A stretch of DNA of 36,597 bases from Octopus sinensis (lineage: Eukaryota). The stretch covers positions 1-36,597 of the forward strand of contig NW_021824703.1 in the NCBI RefSeq assembly GCF_006345805.1, given 5' to 3'. The position numbers and the translations under genes are program-made. The notes under the pieces were generated by a model. It made no database searches. It was not told where the DNA came from and saw only the letters and a program-made list of their open reading frames with translations. Positions 24,621-36,597 of this stretch are shown one piece after another. The first letter of the stretch is position 1. Every line of letters starts with the position of its first letter.

Positions 24621-24860
24621 AGGCACGTAGCTTAGCTGTTAGGGTGTTGCTCTCGTGTTTGTGAGATTGTAGTTTCGATTCTTGGGTCGGATAATGAGAT
24701 TTGCTCTTGAGAAAAAACACTTCGTTTCACGTTATTCTAGTCCACAGATCTTGCAAAAATGAATAATTCTGCGATGGACCACCATCCTGTTGGGCGAGGA
24801 ATGTATACGCCATAGAATTTGAGAAACCGGTCTTAATGAAGTCAACGACTCGAGAAGGAT
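24621..24860 (+). mobile_element. tRNA-derived SINE with CORE/V-like central domain
   Basis: aggcacgtagcttagctgttagg (A-box-like), gtttcgattct (B-box-like), ttgctcttgagaaaaaacacttcgtttcacgttattctagtccac...gcaaaaatga; the central domain is shared with 28869-29188. Confidence 0.7.
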
Positions 24861-24884
24861 CTTCGACCCTTGACCCTTTGATGT

Positions 24885-25040
24885 TTACATACATACATAT
24901 GTACATACACACACAAACACGCACACACACACATTCACACACACACACACATACATACGTACATACATACATAAATACACACACAAACACACACACATGC
25001 ATATACATATATATATACATATATATATACATATATATAT

Positions 25041-25138
<98 letters not shown>

Positions 25139-25160
25139 ATATATATAATATATATATATA
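24885..25160. repeat. (CA)n/(CATA)n/(TA)n field
   Basis: Direct reading. Confidence 0.9.
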
Positions 25161-25215
25161 ATAAATTCAGGGTGAATACTTGATAAATGTAAGCACCTAT
25201 ATAGGTGATAAGATA

Positions 25216-25437
25216 TATGTATCAAAAGAAAAACAGGACGCAAAGGATTTTGCGCTACATATGTTTCGGGCTTTATTGAACAACTTATTCTTATATCAAT
25301 GTATAATTGATATAACAGATAGAAAGGCTTTTGATATATCTGTTATATCAATTATGTATTGATATAAGAATAAGTTGTTCTATAAAGTACGAAACATATG
25401 TACCGCAAAATCCTTTGAGTCCTGTTTTTCTTTTGAT

Positions 25438-25442
<5 letters not shown>
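25216..25442. repeat. Long inverted repeat: 106-bp arms, 15-nt loop, 7 mismatches
   Basis: 25216-25321 pairs with 25337-25442 by manual alignment; loop 25322-25336. Confidence 0.95.
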
Positions 25443-25474
<32 letters not shown>

Positions 25475-25480
25475 ACACAC

Positions 25481-25546
<66 letters not shown>

Positions 25547-25562
25547 TATATACATGTATATA

Positions 25563-25722
25563 TGGAACTGGCTTCTCCACAGTTTCCGTCTACCAAATTC
25601 ATTCGCAAGGCATTAGCGAGACCGACGCAGTAATAGGGATCACCTACACGAGGTGCCGCACGGTGGGGCTGGACACAAAACTATATGATTATAAAGCGAC
25701 CCTCTTAACCACACAACCATAT
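25563..25722 (-). mobile_element. SINE family B 5' half
   Basis: ggcttctccacagtttccgtctaccaaattcattcgcaaggc...gaggtgccgcacggtggggctgga...ttaaccacacaacca. Confidence 0.75.
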
Positions 25723-25924
25723 ATGAGCCTATTGTCTATAACCTGAGTTCATATCCTTCCGTAGCTGATTTCACTTCTAATCAATAGATTCAAGGAAACA
25801 AATAGCATAATTAAATAATTAAATGGGAAATCAATTCAGCCCTATTGTTAATGGATTAGTGCGAAATTTTGAAATCAATAATGCCATGAACTCAATCGCT
25901 TCAAAGTTTGGGATACGACCAGTA

Positions 25925-26042
25925 ATTCTAGGGCAGTGGTTAAGTCGATTACATCGACCCCTGTGATCAACTGGTACTTATTTTATCGACCTTGAAAGGA
26001 TGAGAGTAAAGTTACCACAGCGGGATTTGAACTCATAGCATT
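25925..26042 (-). mobile_element. SINE family A fragment
   Basis: taagtcgattacatcgacccc...caactggtacttattttatcgacc...gatttgaactc. Confidence 0.75.
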
Positions 26043-27621
26043 CAACTTGTTCTGAAGAGATTAAAAGAATGGCATTCAGCTTTATTTTCAAGCCACCCCT
26101 GTCCATAAAATAAATATTAAATATTTGCTTGTCTTGTGTCTCGTACATGATATACAGTACATATTTCCTCGAGGGTCTATGAATCATATATGATACACAT
26201 TTTTACAGCCACCGAGTAATTTATGAATTATAAAAGAAAAGCTTTATATTACCCAGAACAAGAGCTAACCAAAAGTCTGCAAAAGTGGGCAAACTTCTGT
26301 AAATGCTTTCGAAAGGCAAAGGGTTAAAAAATTTCATTCAACTTGAGATGCCTTCTGCAGATTCTGGCCTGGTGCCATAGACGTTATTATTATTATTATT
26401 ATTATTATTATCATTATTATTATTATTATCGGTTTCAATTCCAAGCTGGAATTTCTTCATGTTTTTGATTACAGCATAAATGACACCACGATATCATTTG
26501 GCTTCTTTATAACTGTGTGGTCTTCGTTGAAGAAAGGAAAGAAAGATAAACAGTATTGCCAATTATATACTGTGGAAATAAATTCAGAAAACCTTATGAT
26601 AGTTATGAAGTCGTGAGGATTGAAATTACCCGTGAAAACATTTGTTTAAAATTACCCATGACCTCGTAGTATTTTCCGTCGCCGTATTCCGAGTGTCTAC
26701 AATATCTAACTATGAATATACCAGCCAACAAAGAAATCTCTACGTGGTCGACTCACAAGTTAGAAAGAGTGGTTAAATCTTCCTCAAATTTTAGAAATAA
26801 AACGATATATTGTATAATGCTGTTCCAGATGCACCATGTTTGGACAAAAACAAGACGCTGTTACAGACGTAATGCATGTATTGGTATGTGTGTTCGCCAC
26901 ATCAGAGCTGATATGTGGCTAAACAATAGCAACAGAATAAAACCTAATACAAGATTCCAGCCAACGAGTAATCTACTATGTAGTCATTCCATTTGCTAGA
27001 AATAGCAGCCAAATCTTCAACTTACGTTCTATTGTCTTAAAACGAGAAGGGTACATTAGACAAAGTAGGCACTGACCAACTAAAATGTAAACGGACAAGT
27101 TATATCGAGGATGCAGTCTTCATCATCGATCTGCCTTATATGTGCTGATCTGGGTCTGAACAAAAACTGCAACGATAACAGGAACGAGAACAGCAATGGC
27201 TCCAATATACAAAGATTAAAGACATATTCTTGATTTCATGTAACTCTGTTGTTCTTCTGCAATAATTATATTCCCGTTTTCTAATCGAAGTGCCATTTAA
27301 CTGGCCACCTCTATTGACAGCTTTGAATAATCTTCTCCCTCCCATTTGTCACCCCTGCTTGACCACTCCTGTTTTTCGTTTTACAATGCCAACATCTTCC
27401 TCACACATTTCAGCTACTTTCTCCCTTTACTATCCACTCTTCTCTCCCAAGACGCAAAATTCGGTTGTTACCGCCATTTTATCACCTCTTCATCACAGTT
27501 ATTTCTTCATAAATTTTGCCAGAGCATCCATTACTGTAATTTCTTCCTTTTTGTGGATTTAACCAGTTTCCGACAGTCCATTAGCCACTCTACAAAATTC
27601 CTCAGACCTTTTCCCTGTGTT

Positions 27622-27950
27622 CTTTCATTCTTTCATTTGTTTCAGTCATTTGACTGCAGCCATGCTGGAGCACCGCCTTCAGTACTTATTGATCGGTCCC
27701 TTTTACCAAACCGCACCAGTTGTCAAATGAAGTTGAGGGAACAAACACAGACACACAATCATATACATATATATATATACATATATACGACGGGCTTCTT
27801 TCAGTTTCCGTCAGCCAAATCCACTCACAAGGCTTTGGTCGGCCCGCGGCTATAGCAAAAGACACTTGCCCAAGATGCCATGCATGGGGACTGAACTAGA
27901 AACCATGTGGTATGTAAGCAAGCTACATACCACACAGCCACTCCTGCGCC
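27622..27950 (-). mobile_element. SINE family B, well-preserved head, internally deleted 3' domain
   Basis: Revcomp ggcgcaggagtggctgtgtggtatgtagcttgcttacataccacatggtttctagttcagtccc...ggcaagtgtctt...gaaactgaaagaagcccgtcg-(TA)-...gactgaaacaaatgaaaga. Confidence 0.92.
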
Positions 27951-28502
27951 AATTTTTACCAATTTTTTTGTACTTTTACATTCTTTACAGTATGCATAGT
28001 CTTTTAAAACAGTTTTACACTCCTAGGTATTTTTGTAACACATTCACACACTCATATCAGTGGCACCTTCCACAGTGTTCTCTCTTTGCCATTTGTTTCA
28101 CCTACATCCCTAATCTAAAATTTGTATCCGCTCCCAACTCCTCAGACACTCATATTTACAACACCTGCCAAACAATTACACGCTCTTGCCAACACTACTC
28201 ACCCCCACTAACCAACTCCAGTATACACCCATACTTACATGCATCTATACACATATATAGACTGCATTAACCCTCCCTTAGACTTCTGCTTTCCCCTTAA
28301 TCCATCCTTAACTCATCTACATAAAACCCCCATTCCTACGCTCTTTCTAACATTTCACCCGCTTTCTTCTTTTCTCTCTTTCATCTCACAGCATACAAAC
28401 ACATGCACACATACGCGCACACACACACACGTGCACACACTTACACACATACACACACACACATACACATATGCATGCATGTATGCCTGCAATCCTTCTT
28501 TC

Positions 28503-28540
28503 TTTCTTCTGAAAAGGACGAATGTCCGAAACGTTAATGC
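28503..28540 (+). ncRNA. Type I hammerhead-like motif with intact stem II and a G8-to-A core substitution
   Basis: CTGAAAA (28509-15) GGAC-gaat-GTCC (28516-27) GAAA (28528-31) CGTT. It lies at the end of a C/A-rich block (about 28040-28500) that may be a Penelope-like LTR. Confidence 0.6.
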
Positions 28541-28868
28541 ATTTTCCGTTTCCATGACAACGATCATCTGACAGTTCATTCAAGCTTTATTCCTTTTGTG
28601 CTCTTTTTAATTCATCACATTTACACCATGTATTTATATACACACATCCCTCCCACACACACACATGCATACACAGACATACATATGTGTGTGTATATTT
28701 ACAAACACACGCATGCATACGCATATATCCAATTGAAAACATTTTTTCATTTTATAAATAGTATCTATAAATATTTATATGCATGCGTACACATACATAC
28801 ATGCATACATTCACACACATATACATACACATACATATGTATGTTTGTATGTATGCATGTATGTATGG

Positions 28869-29188
28869 AGACACCCTTCGGTCACGAATGACCATAGGAT
28901 TGCACTTAGAAAATTACCCTCCCAGGCACAAGTCTGGGAAAGGTTGTTTATGGAAGACTAGCAGTCGCACATGCATATTGCCTTCCCCTCTCCATGCCAC
29001 CGATGTCATCCAACGGAAAGACAAAGGGACTGATACAGCTTGGCACCAGTGATGTCGCAACTCATTTCTACAACTGAGTGAACTGGAGCAACGTGACATA
29101 AATTGTCTTGCTCAAGAACACAACACGCAGCCTGGTTCGTGATTCGAACTCCCAACCTCACAGTCGTAAGCTCGACGCTCTAACCACT
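28869..29188 (-). mobile_element. Full-length tRNA-derived SINE with CORE/V-like domain
   Basis: Revcomp agtggttagagcgtcgagc (A box)...gagttcgaatc (B box)...gtgttgtgttcttgagcaagacaattt...cacgttgctccagttcactcag...tail aagggtgtctc. Confidence 0.88.
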
Positions 29189-29225
29189 ATATGTATTTCA
29201 TATATATATATATAATATATATATA

Positions 29226-29270
<45 letters not shown>

Positions 29271-29271
29271 C

Positions 29272-29453
29272 AATATGTTACCATTATACAATAGTCAAGA
29301 TAAAACTCTGAGTTTCAGATGCCGAAGTGGAAAACTACAACACCATCTCTTCGGTTATCTGGCCAGATAACCGAAGTGATGGTGTTGTAGTTTTCCACTT
29401 CGGCATCTGAAACTCAGAGTTTTATCTTGACTATTGTATAATGGTAACATATT
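29272..29453. repeat. 182-bp spacerless palindrome: 91-bp arms, one mismatch
   Basis: Centre between 29362 and 29363 (TGG|CCA). The only mismatch is T29348 against T29377. Confidence 0.97.
29365..29427 (+). ncRNA. Degenerate type I hammerhead-like fold in palindrome arm (mirror copy on - strand, 29298-29360)
   Basis: Stem I agataa/ttatct (6 bp). Core CCGAAGT (CCGAAGA in the mirror arm; canonical CUGANGA). Stem II gatg/catc plus one extra T, then GAAA, stem III ctc-a-gag and a GUU triplet. Confidence 0.45.
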
Positions 29454-29530
29454 AATTTACAGATAAATTTCCTCTATTCACATAATATTGAGGTCTCTTT
29501 CTTTATTTTGTTATCTTACCGTTTTTACCA

Positions 29531-29534
<4 letters not shown>

Positions 29535-29582
<48 letters not shown>

Positions 29583-29587
29583 CTCTG

Positions 29588-29639
<52 letters not shown>

Positions 29640-29692
29640 TGTGTGTCTGTGTGTGTGTGTGTCTGTGTGTGTGTGTGTCTGTGTGTGTGTGT
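29535..29692. repeat. (TG)n with TTTG/TCTG interruptions
   Basis: Direct reading. Confidence 0.9.
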
Positions 29693-29889
29693 AAACAAAC
29701 ATGTATATTCGTATATATAAGTATAAATAGACAAATAGATACATACACATATGTCGTACGTATATGATAGCGTTTCGAGCTTACTCTCAATTTTGCTTTG
29801 TATTCACAAAGCAATTTGTGAGGCATTATAATGTCTACCTGGAAACTTTAAAAGATGCTCTTCTGTGCATTTAAGTGACCCTACTCACC

Positions 29890-29965
29890 TTCATCATTAC
29901 AGCAACACTCTACCCACACCCAAAACCATCACCAACACCTCCTCCTCCTCCTACTACTACTACTG

Positions 29966-30000
<35 letters not shown>

Positions 30001-30037
30001 GCTGCTGCTACTACTACTACTACTACTACTACTACTA

Positions 30038-30074
<37 letters not shown>

Positions 30075-30078
30075 GCTG
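29890..30078. repeat. (CCT)n/(CTA)n/(CTG)n/(CTA)n triplet tract
   Basis: Direct reading. Confidence 0.9.
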
Positions 30079-30329
30079 CGTTTGCCCTAATTTAAGAAAA
30101 AAGAAACTAGTCAATACCACCAGCGCAGGCATCAGTCTTGTTCTTAGAAAGTTCCCCTTACCTGTCTTAATGTTCCGCTTCCCGTTTCTCCGCCTCTTTT
30201 TGTCTCACTCTCATTCATTCTCCTCTTTATACGCCCCTCCCCGCGTCCCTCTTTCTCATCTTTTTTCTCCCTCTCAATCTTTCTTTGTCTTACATCTCTT
30301 CTTTCGTTGCTGAATTTTTTCTACTTACT

Positions 30330-30450
30330 TGCATTTATTATTATTATTATTATCATTATGATAAAAGATATATTATTATTATTACAATTATTATTATTGT
30401 TGTTATTATTATTATTATTATTATCATTATTATCATTATTATTATTATTA

Positions 30451-30487
<37 letters not shown>

Positions 30488-30744
30488 CACTATTGTTATC
30501 GATGCTGTTGTTCTTATTCCTCCTCTGATGTTCCCGTGGCAAATAAAAAAATTCTTCTTCTTCTTCTTCTTCTCATTATATTATTATTATTATTATTATT
30601 ATCATCATCATCATCATCATCATCACCATTATTATCATTACTACTATTGCTGTTGTTATCCTTCATCTGATGCCCTTGTGGCAAACGAAATCATCATCAT
30701 CATCATCGTCGTCATCTTCTTCACCACCCCCACCACCATTATTA

Positions 30745-30800
<56 letters not shown>
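30330..30800. repeat. (ATT)n/(CTT)n/(CAT)n triplet tracts
   Basis: Direct reading. Confidence 0.95.
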
Positions 30801-30801
<1 letters not shown>

Positions 30802-31754
30802 CCCGGAAATATTTCAACGCCCCAAAAACGCATCCTTCAAATTTCTTCTTTTTTTTTCTTTTTTGTTTTTCTGTTTCCCCATTTTTCTACTTGCCAATTC
30901 CGTTTTATTTCCTCACCTTACCTGCCTATATCCACCTAGCCCCTACGGTCCCCCTACCTAACCCGCTTCCTCTACCCACCGAACAAACTTTACATCTTAC
31001 CCAACATGTATCACTATATAGTTCACATTTTTTTAGGGAATGTGGGCTTCTTTGCTTATTTTTACTATTTTGTTCTTGTTTTTATATACTATTCATCATT
31101 ACTTTTTTTTGGCGGAACTTTAAACCCTCATGGGAAATTAACAATGCGTTCCCACCGTACCTCTCTAGTCGAACTTCATTATGCTCAGCACCAAAACCAT
31201 CATCATACAACCTCCTTCAGGTACTCTCATATGTGCAATCAGAACGCCCGTATATTCTATTCGTAATGTTTCCTCAGCTTCTTCCTCATCCTCTTCATCC
31301 TCCACTTCCATCTTCTTACACTTGTGCATTTTCTGTCTCCCAGCTATCATTATGGAGCAGACATTTTGTAAAATTTTTGCTTTCCTATATTTATTTCACC
31401 TTTTCTTTCTTTATTCTCCCATACGCATTTTTTTCTTTTTTCCTTTTCTTTTTTCTATTTGTTTCTTCATTCCTTTCATTCTTGTTTGTTTCCAGTCTTT
31501 ATACTCTCTCTAGCGTTTTTGTCGTCATTTTTACGTTTTTATACATCTCCGCTACTGTTGTTTGTGTCTCTGTTTGAGGTCATATGTCCTTTTAATGTAT
31601 TTCTTTTTGAGGAAAATATCATAAAGGAGACTTCAGTTTTTAACTTATGCTTTTATTTAAATGAAACAAAAATTCTTGACAAATATTTTCCTGTTGCTTC
31701 TGGTTTCACAGACTTCATGTTCAAGTGCGTTCGTAGCTTCAAGAGATGTCATGC

Positions 31755-32285
<531 letters not shown>

Positions 32286-32473
32286 TCAGTTATACAGATA
32301 TAGGCTCAAAGCCTCAAAAATGGCTACAATCACAATGATGTATAGTATTTTTCGTATAATGTATTTGGTGTGTATGTATCTACACATACACACACACACA
32401 CATATATATATATTAATGCATATATATGTGTGTGTATGTATGTGTGCATATATATATAATGTATATATATATG

Positions 32474-32505
<32 letters not shown>

Positions 32506-32548
32506 ATACATTCGTCGTATATATATATACATTCGTATATATACATTC

Positions 32549-32598
<50 letters not shown>

Positions 32599-33180
32599 GA
32601 ATGTGCATGTATAGAGCGTTTGATAAGGTGTACGGATTTTGCATATTAAGAAGTATGGGTAGTCAGAATTTTGGATAATTTTTATTAGCGCTTTCGTCCC
32701 TTCATGGAGACTATATGTGTGTACATGTGTGTGTGTGGGCTTGTGTTTGTGTGTGTGTGTGTGTGTGTGCATATGTATGTGTATATCTACATATACAGCC
32801 GTCATGCTCGCACTCAGACACATATAGAGAGAAAGACAGAGGGAGAACGAGAGGGAAATAGAAGGGACGTACATGAAAAGTGGAGAAATAGATTTAAAAT
32901 ATTTATAATTCTAGAGATGGATATATTCAGAGCCCGCACGCGCGCCCATGAGTTTGTTTACATGCGTGTGTATGCATGTGTGTGTGTGTGTGTGTGTGTG
33001 TTTGTGTATAGAAAATATTTATGTTTCTCGCTTATTCCATTTATTAATAGCTTAAATATTAAGAATTAAGATAATCATATTTGTTTTAATGCTCATCCAG
33101 TACCCTCTGTACCTGCATGACCCTAAATGAATTGGCTGAAATCTGTGTTTTAATATGCTGTTAATCAGTGCAAGTTTTAG

Positions 33181-33240
33181 GATTAGAAAGAATAGCAGTG
33201 GAGGTCAGGACGGGATTGTTCAGCAGGTCCCGGTTCGACC
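33181..33240 (+). CDS. Candidate 60-nt symmetric internal exon, product unknown
   Basis: ttttag|GATTAG...TTCGACC|gtaagt. Length is divisible by 3, GC is higher than the flanks, and two of three frames are open (GLERIAVEVRTGLFSRSRFD or IRKNSSGGQDGIVQQVPVRP). No homology recognised. Confidence 0.35.
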
Positions 33241-33439
33241 GTAAGTAGCAAAAGTCAGAACGTTATCATCACCTGCGCCACCGTCGCTTATATTTTACGA
33301 TATTATGACGAATCACCTTTTAAACGACAAGCGTTCGCCATTGCATTTCTGTGTGTGTATGTGTATGTGTGTGTGTATGTGTATGTGTGTGTGTATGTGT
33401 ATGCGTGTGCGTGTGTTTCTCTCTCTCCCTCCCTCCCGA

Positions 33440-33491
<52 letters not shown>

Positions 33492-33545
33492 ATATATATA
33501 TATATATGTATATACATGCATTTATATATATGTGTGTGTGTATGT

Positions 33546-33766
33546 GTTACTTGTTTCAGTCATTTGACTGCGGCCATACTGAAGCACCGCCTTTAGTCGA
33601 GCTAATCGACGACCCCAGGACTTAGTTTTCGTAAGCCTAATACTTATTCTATCGGAATCTTTTGCCGAACTGCTAGGTTAGGGATACGTAAACACACCAG
33701 CATCGACTGTCAAGCGATTTTGGGGGCACAAATACCGACACACAATCACACACACACACACACATA

Positions 33767-33775
<9 letters not shown>
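33546..33775 (-). mobile_element. SINE family B 3' domain ending in (CA)n/(TA)n
   Basis: tacttgtttcagtcatttgactgcggccatactgaagcaccgcctttagtcgag...cccaggactt...gtaaacacaccagcatcgactgtcaagcga. Confidence 0.9.
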
Positions 33776-33846
<71 letters not shown>

Positions 33847-34007
33847 ATACACTATATATATATATAGTTAAAAAGAATTTCGAAAACGATTGACTATAAA
33901 AATACACTACCCTCTAAAATATGTAAAAATATATAAACTGTGTGCATTTAATTTCATTATTATATAACACACACACACACACACCACATATACATACATA
34001 TACATAT

Positions 34008-34038
<31 letters not shown>

Positions 34039-34092
34039 TTTTAAGAAAAGTTTGAAAACGGCACTATATTAGATAAATTTTAAATTTCTTAG

Positions 34093-34140
34093 AAATTTTA
34101 CATGTTTCGGTTCTTGAAAAACGAACCTTATCAAAGATAT
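34093..34140 (-). ncRNA. Degenerate hammerhead-like motif with perfect 5-bp stem II
   Basis: Revcomp TTGATAA GGTTC-gtttttcaa-GAACC GAAA C-at-G TA. Two core substitutions relative to CUGAUGA; palindromic ACATGT stem III. Confidence 0.5.
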
Positions 34141-34152
34141 TTTATAAAGTTA

Positions 34153-34318
34153 AGTAATAGAAAAGTTCATAATTGTTTCTTACTGGTGTCAACAGAATCC
34201 ATGTGGTGGTGTTTTGTTGATAGTAGGCATAATAGCTGTAAATTTCAAGTTGAGAGTAATAAAAAAGTTCATAATTGTTTCTTACTGGTCTCAACAGGAT
34301 CCCCGTGGTTGTTTTTTA
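34153..34318. repeat. Imperfect direct repeat of about 60 bp, 102-bp period
   Basis: agtaatagaaaagttcataattgtttcttactggtgtcaacagaatcc (34153) versus agtaataaaaaagttcataattgtttcttactggtctcaacaggatcc (34255). Confidence 0.9.
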
Positions 34319-34324
34319 GCTGTC

Positions 34325-34368
34325 TTGTGTGTATATACGTATGTATATGCATATATATATATACATGC

Positions 34369-34419
<51 letters not shown>

Positions 34420-34592
34420 TGTATGTATATATATATATATATGTATATATATATGTATATGTATATATTATATGTATATGCATATATAATAATATATATA
34501 TATATAATATATACATATCTTTATATACATATATATATATATACATACATATATATATATACATATATATTTATATATATACATATATAACA

Positions 34593-34630
<38 letters not shown>

Positions 34631-34710
34631 ATATATATATATATATATAATATATATATATATAACATATATATATATATATATATACATGTGTATATAT
34701 AAACATGCAT
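34325..34710. repeat. (TA)n-dominated microsatellite field
   Basis: Direct reading. Confidence 0.95.
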
Positions 34711-35204
34711 AAAATGTGGAGGAAATACTCTTTGTTTTCGCACAGGTGTAAAATTAAACGCGTGCATTCCTTCGGTTTCGGTGTGCAGATATGCCCAAAA
34801 TTGTTCAGCAGTTATACCAAAATCTAAACTATGAAATATTATTCAAATATATTGTTATCTAGGTTTCTTGGTCGACAATATGCAAAGACTTCTAGAAAGA
34901 ATGGAGATGCTTTCATAAAATCAATGATCCGTTCGCTAGCATAGTTAAAACTCGACAGATCATGGCGCCTCAGGATATACAGAAAAGATATTAGGAAAGA
35001 TATAGGGCAGCGTTAGCAATACATAGAGCACCATTGTGGATGCAGACTTCGAAAACTCTAAAGAATTACAGATATGTTTATATAGAAGAGAGAGAGAGAG
35101 AGGGGAAAAGGGAGAGAAAGAGAGATAGAAAAGAAGAGAGACTGCATTACTCTCGATATGTGATTCACAACATGGATTCAATTCTAAGGCCCTTTTAAGA
35201 ATAT

Positions 35205-35218
35205 ATGTGCATGTGTGT

Positions 35219-35294
<76 letters not shown>

Positions 35295-35544
35295 TTTATA
35301 AACATGGAGTCAAAATGAAAGGATTTCTGAAGTTTCAGCGGCCAGCAAAATGTTTTAGTAATTTTAAGCTTAAATTTATGACTGTCTGCCTGTCTACCGG
35401 TTTGCCTGTGTGTATGTATTTATGTATGTATGTATGTATGTATGTATGTATGTATGTATCTATTCCTGTCTTTATGGAGATGAGGCTCTACTCCCTGAAG
35501 AGACGATGCGGATTATATATATATATTATATATATATATATATA

Positions 35545-35584
<40 letters not shown>

Positions 35585-35600
35585 TGAGAGAGAGAGAAGT
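35205..35600. repeat. (TG)n, (TATG)n, (TA)n and (AG)n tracts
   Basis: Direct reading. Confidence 0.9.
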
Positions 35601-36597
35601 TATGAGAGAGTTCCAGGTTCGGTGATTATGCGAATAAGGGGTCCAACCATACCTCATACTGTCTCCGAAGAAGGGATATAATAAATATCCTAGAAATAGC
35701 TGTTAGACCTATTTATAAATGTTCTAAAATCTACACAGCCTTGGTTTTTTTTTATCTCATTACGGAAAAAATTATATATACACACACACACACACAGAGA
35801 AAATGTTCAAAGGTCTTGTATCTTTGGGATTGAATGCTTTACCAGTCGCATGACTAGATGCCACTGCATTGTCCCAAATATCCTACCTTCACCGTCAAGA
35901 AGAGACATGGACAACTTTTTTCGAGAAGCTTGCTTCATGATATGTCTTATTAAAGAAAAACGAAACAACATTCACGATAAAATTTTGTTAAGTGTGTCAT
36001 TTAGAAATTTCCGCGGGCCGCAAGTTGCTAAGAACCCAATAGTGTGACAGTTTAGGATTTTAAGTGACCGAAAATTTTCCATATCTTACCAAAATATTCT
36101 TAGAGATCTACGAGGTGTTGATATAGCTGTGATTAAAGAACAATTAGAGAATCTTTGATCTAATTTGCCCGATGAATCTACATCATAGCAAGACACACAA
36201 AGAAAGACAACTCTGTCCATCTCACTACTTCTCCAAAACCGATTCTGGTGATACGATTCGGAAATGAGTCTAAAATAAACCAGCGTTTGTTCTAATGACG
36301 ATGCCCCAGCATGGCCACATCCTCTATCTGAAACAGATAGGATAATGATGGAATGTAGGCAATATTCACATTTCGAACTAAGAAAATCTTTTCGTATTTT
36401 TACAAATTGTATTTGTTATGTGCGTGTTAACTGGTTGATGTTTTATTTTTCTGAAAACTAACTTTACCAGATAGTCATATACGCAGCTACACACAAAACC
36501 AAGTGCAACAATTTTATATGTGTGTATTTATGTATGCATATATGTGTGTATGCATGTATGTATGTGTGTGTTTATGTTTATGTGTACGTGCGTGGTG

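Noticed and set aside
27130-27620. Purine-rich minus-strand block that might be decayed LINE ORF2
   Set aside because: I could not align the translated frames to any RT or endonuclease motif. A Dfam or BLASTx search is needed.
30285-31577. Longest ORF (430 aa)
   Set aside because: The first 170 or so codons are (ATT)/(CAT)/(CTT) repeats and the rest lies on a pyrimidine-rich strand poor in stop codons. The GTG start is arbitrary and no domain is recognisable. A BLASTp hit or RNA-seq over 30800-31350 would be needed to revive it.

Overview
AT-rich eukaryotic DNA, very probably from an octopus (Octopus sp., coleoid cephalopod). This assignment is recognition from memory of the tRNA-headed SINE families and the extreme microsatellite load, not a database result. 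The window looks intronic or intergenic. I recognise no protein-coding gene, and nearly all ORFs in the supplied track are translations of (TA)n, (CA)n, (TATG)n, (TATC)n, triplet or CT/GA-rich repeats. Supported content: about 25 SINE copies or fragments; a decayed Rex3/Expander-like RTE LINE 3' end with a (GGAT)n tail; two hAT-type non-autonomous elements, one with a perfect 8-bp target-site duplication; and two long near-perfect inverted repeats (182 and 227 bp). There are also at least five degenerate type I hammerhead-ribozyme-like motifs of the kind carried by Penelope-like elements, two of them in the arms of one palindrome. None has every catalytic and stem position intact. A few short exon-like segments, the best at 33181-33240, are low-confidence candidates. 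No complete novel system can be proven from sequence alone. The hammerhead/palindrome family and the many dsRNA-forming inverted repeats are the best leads.
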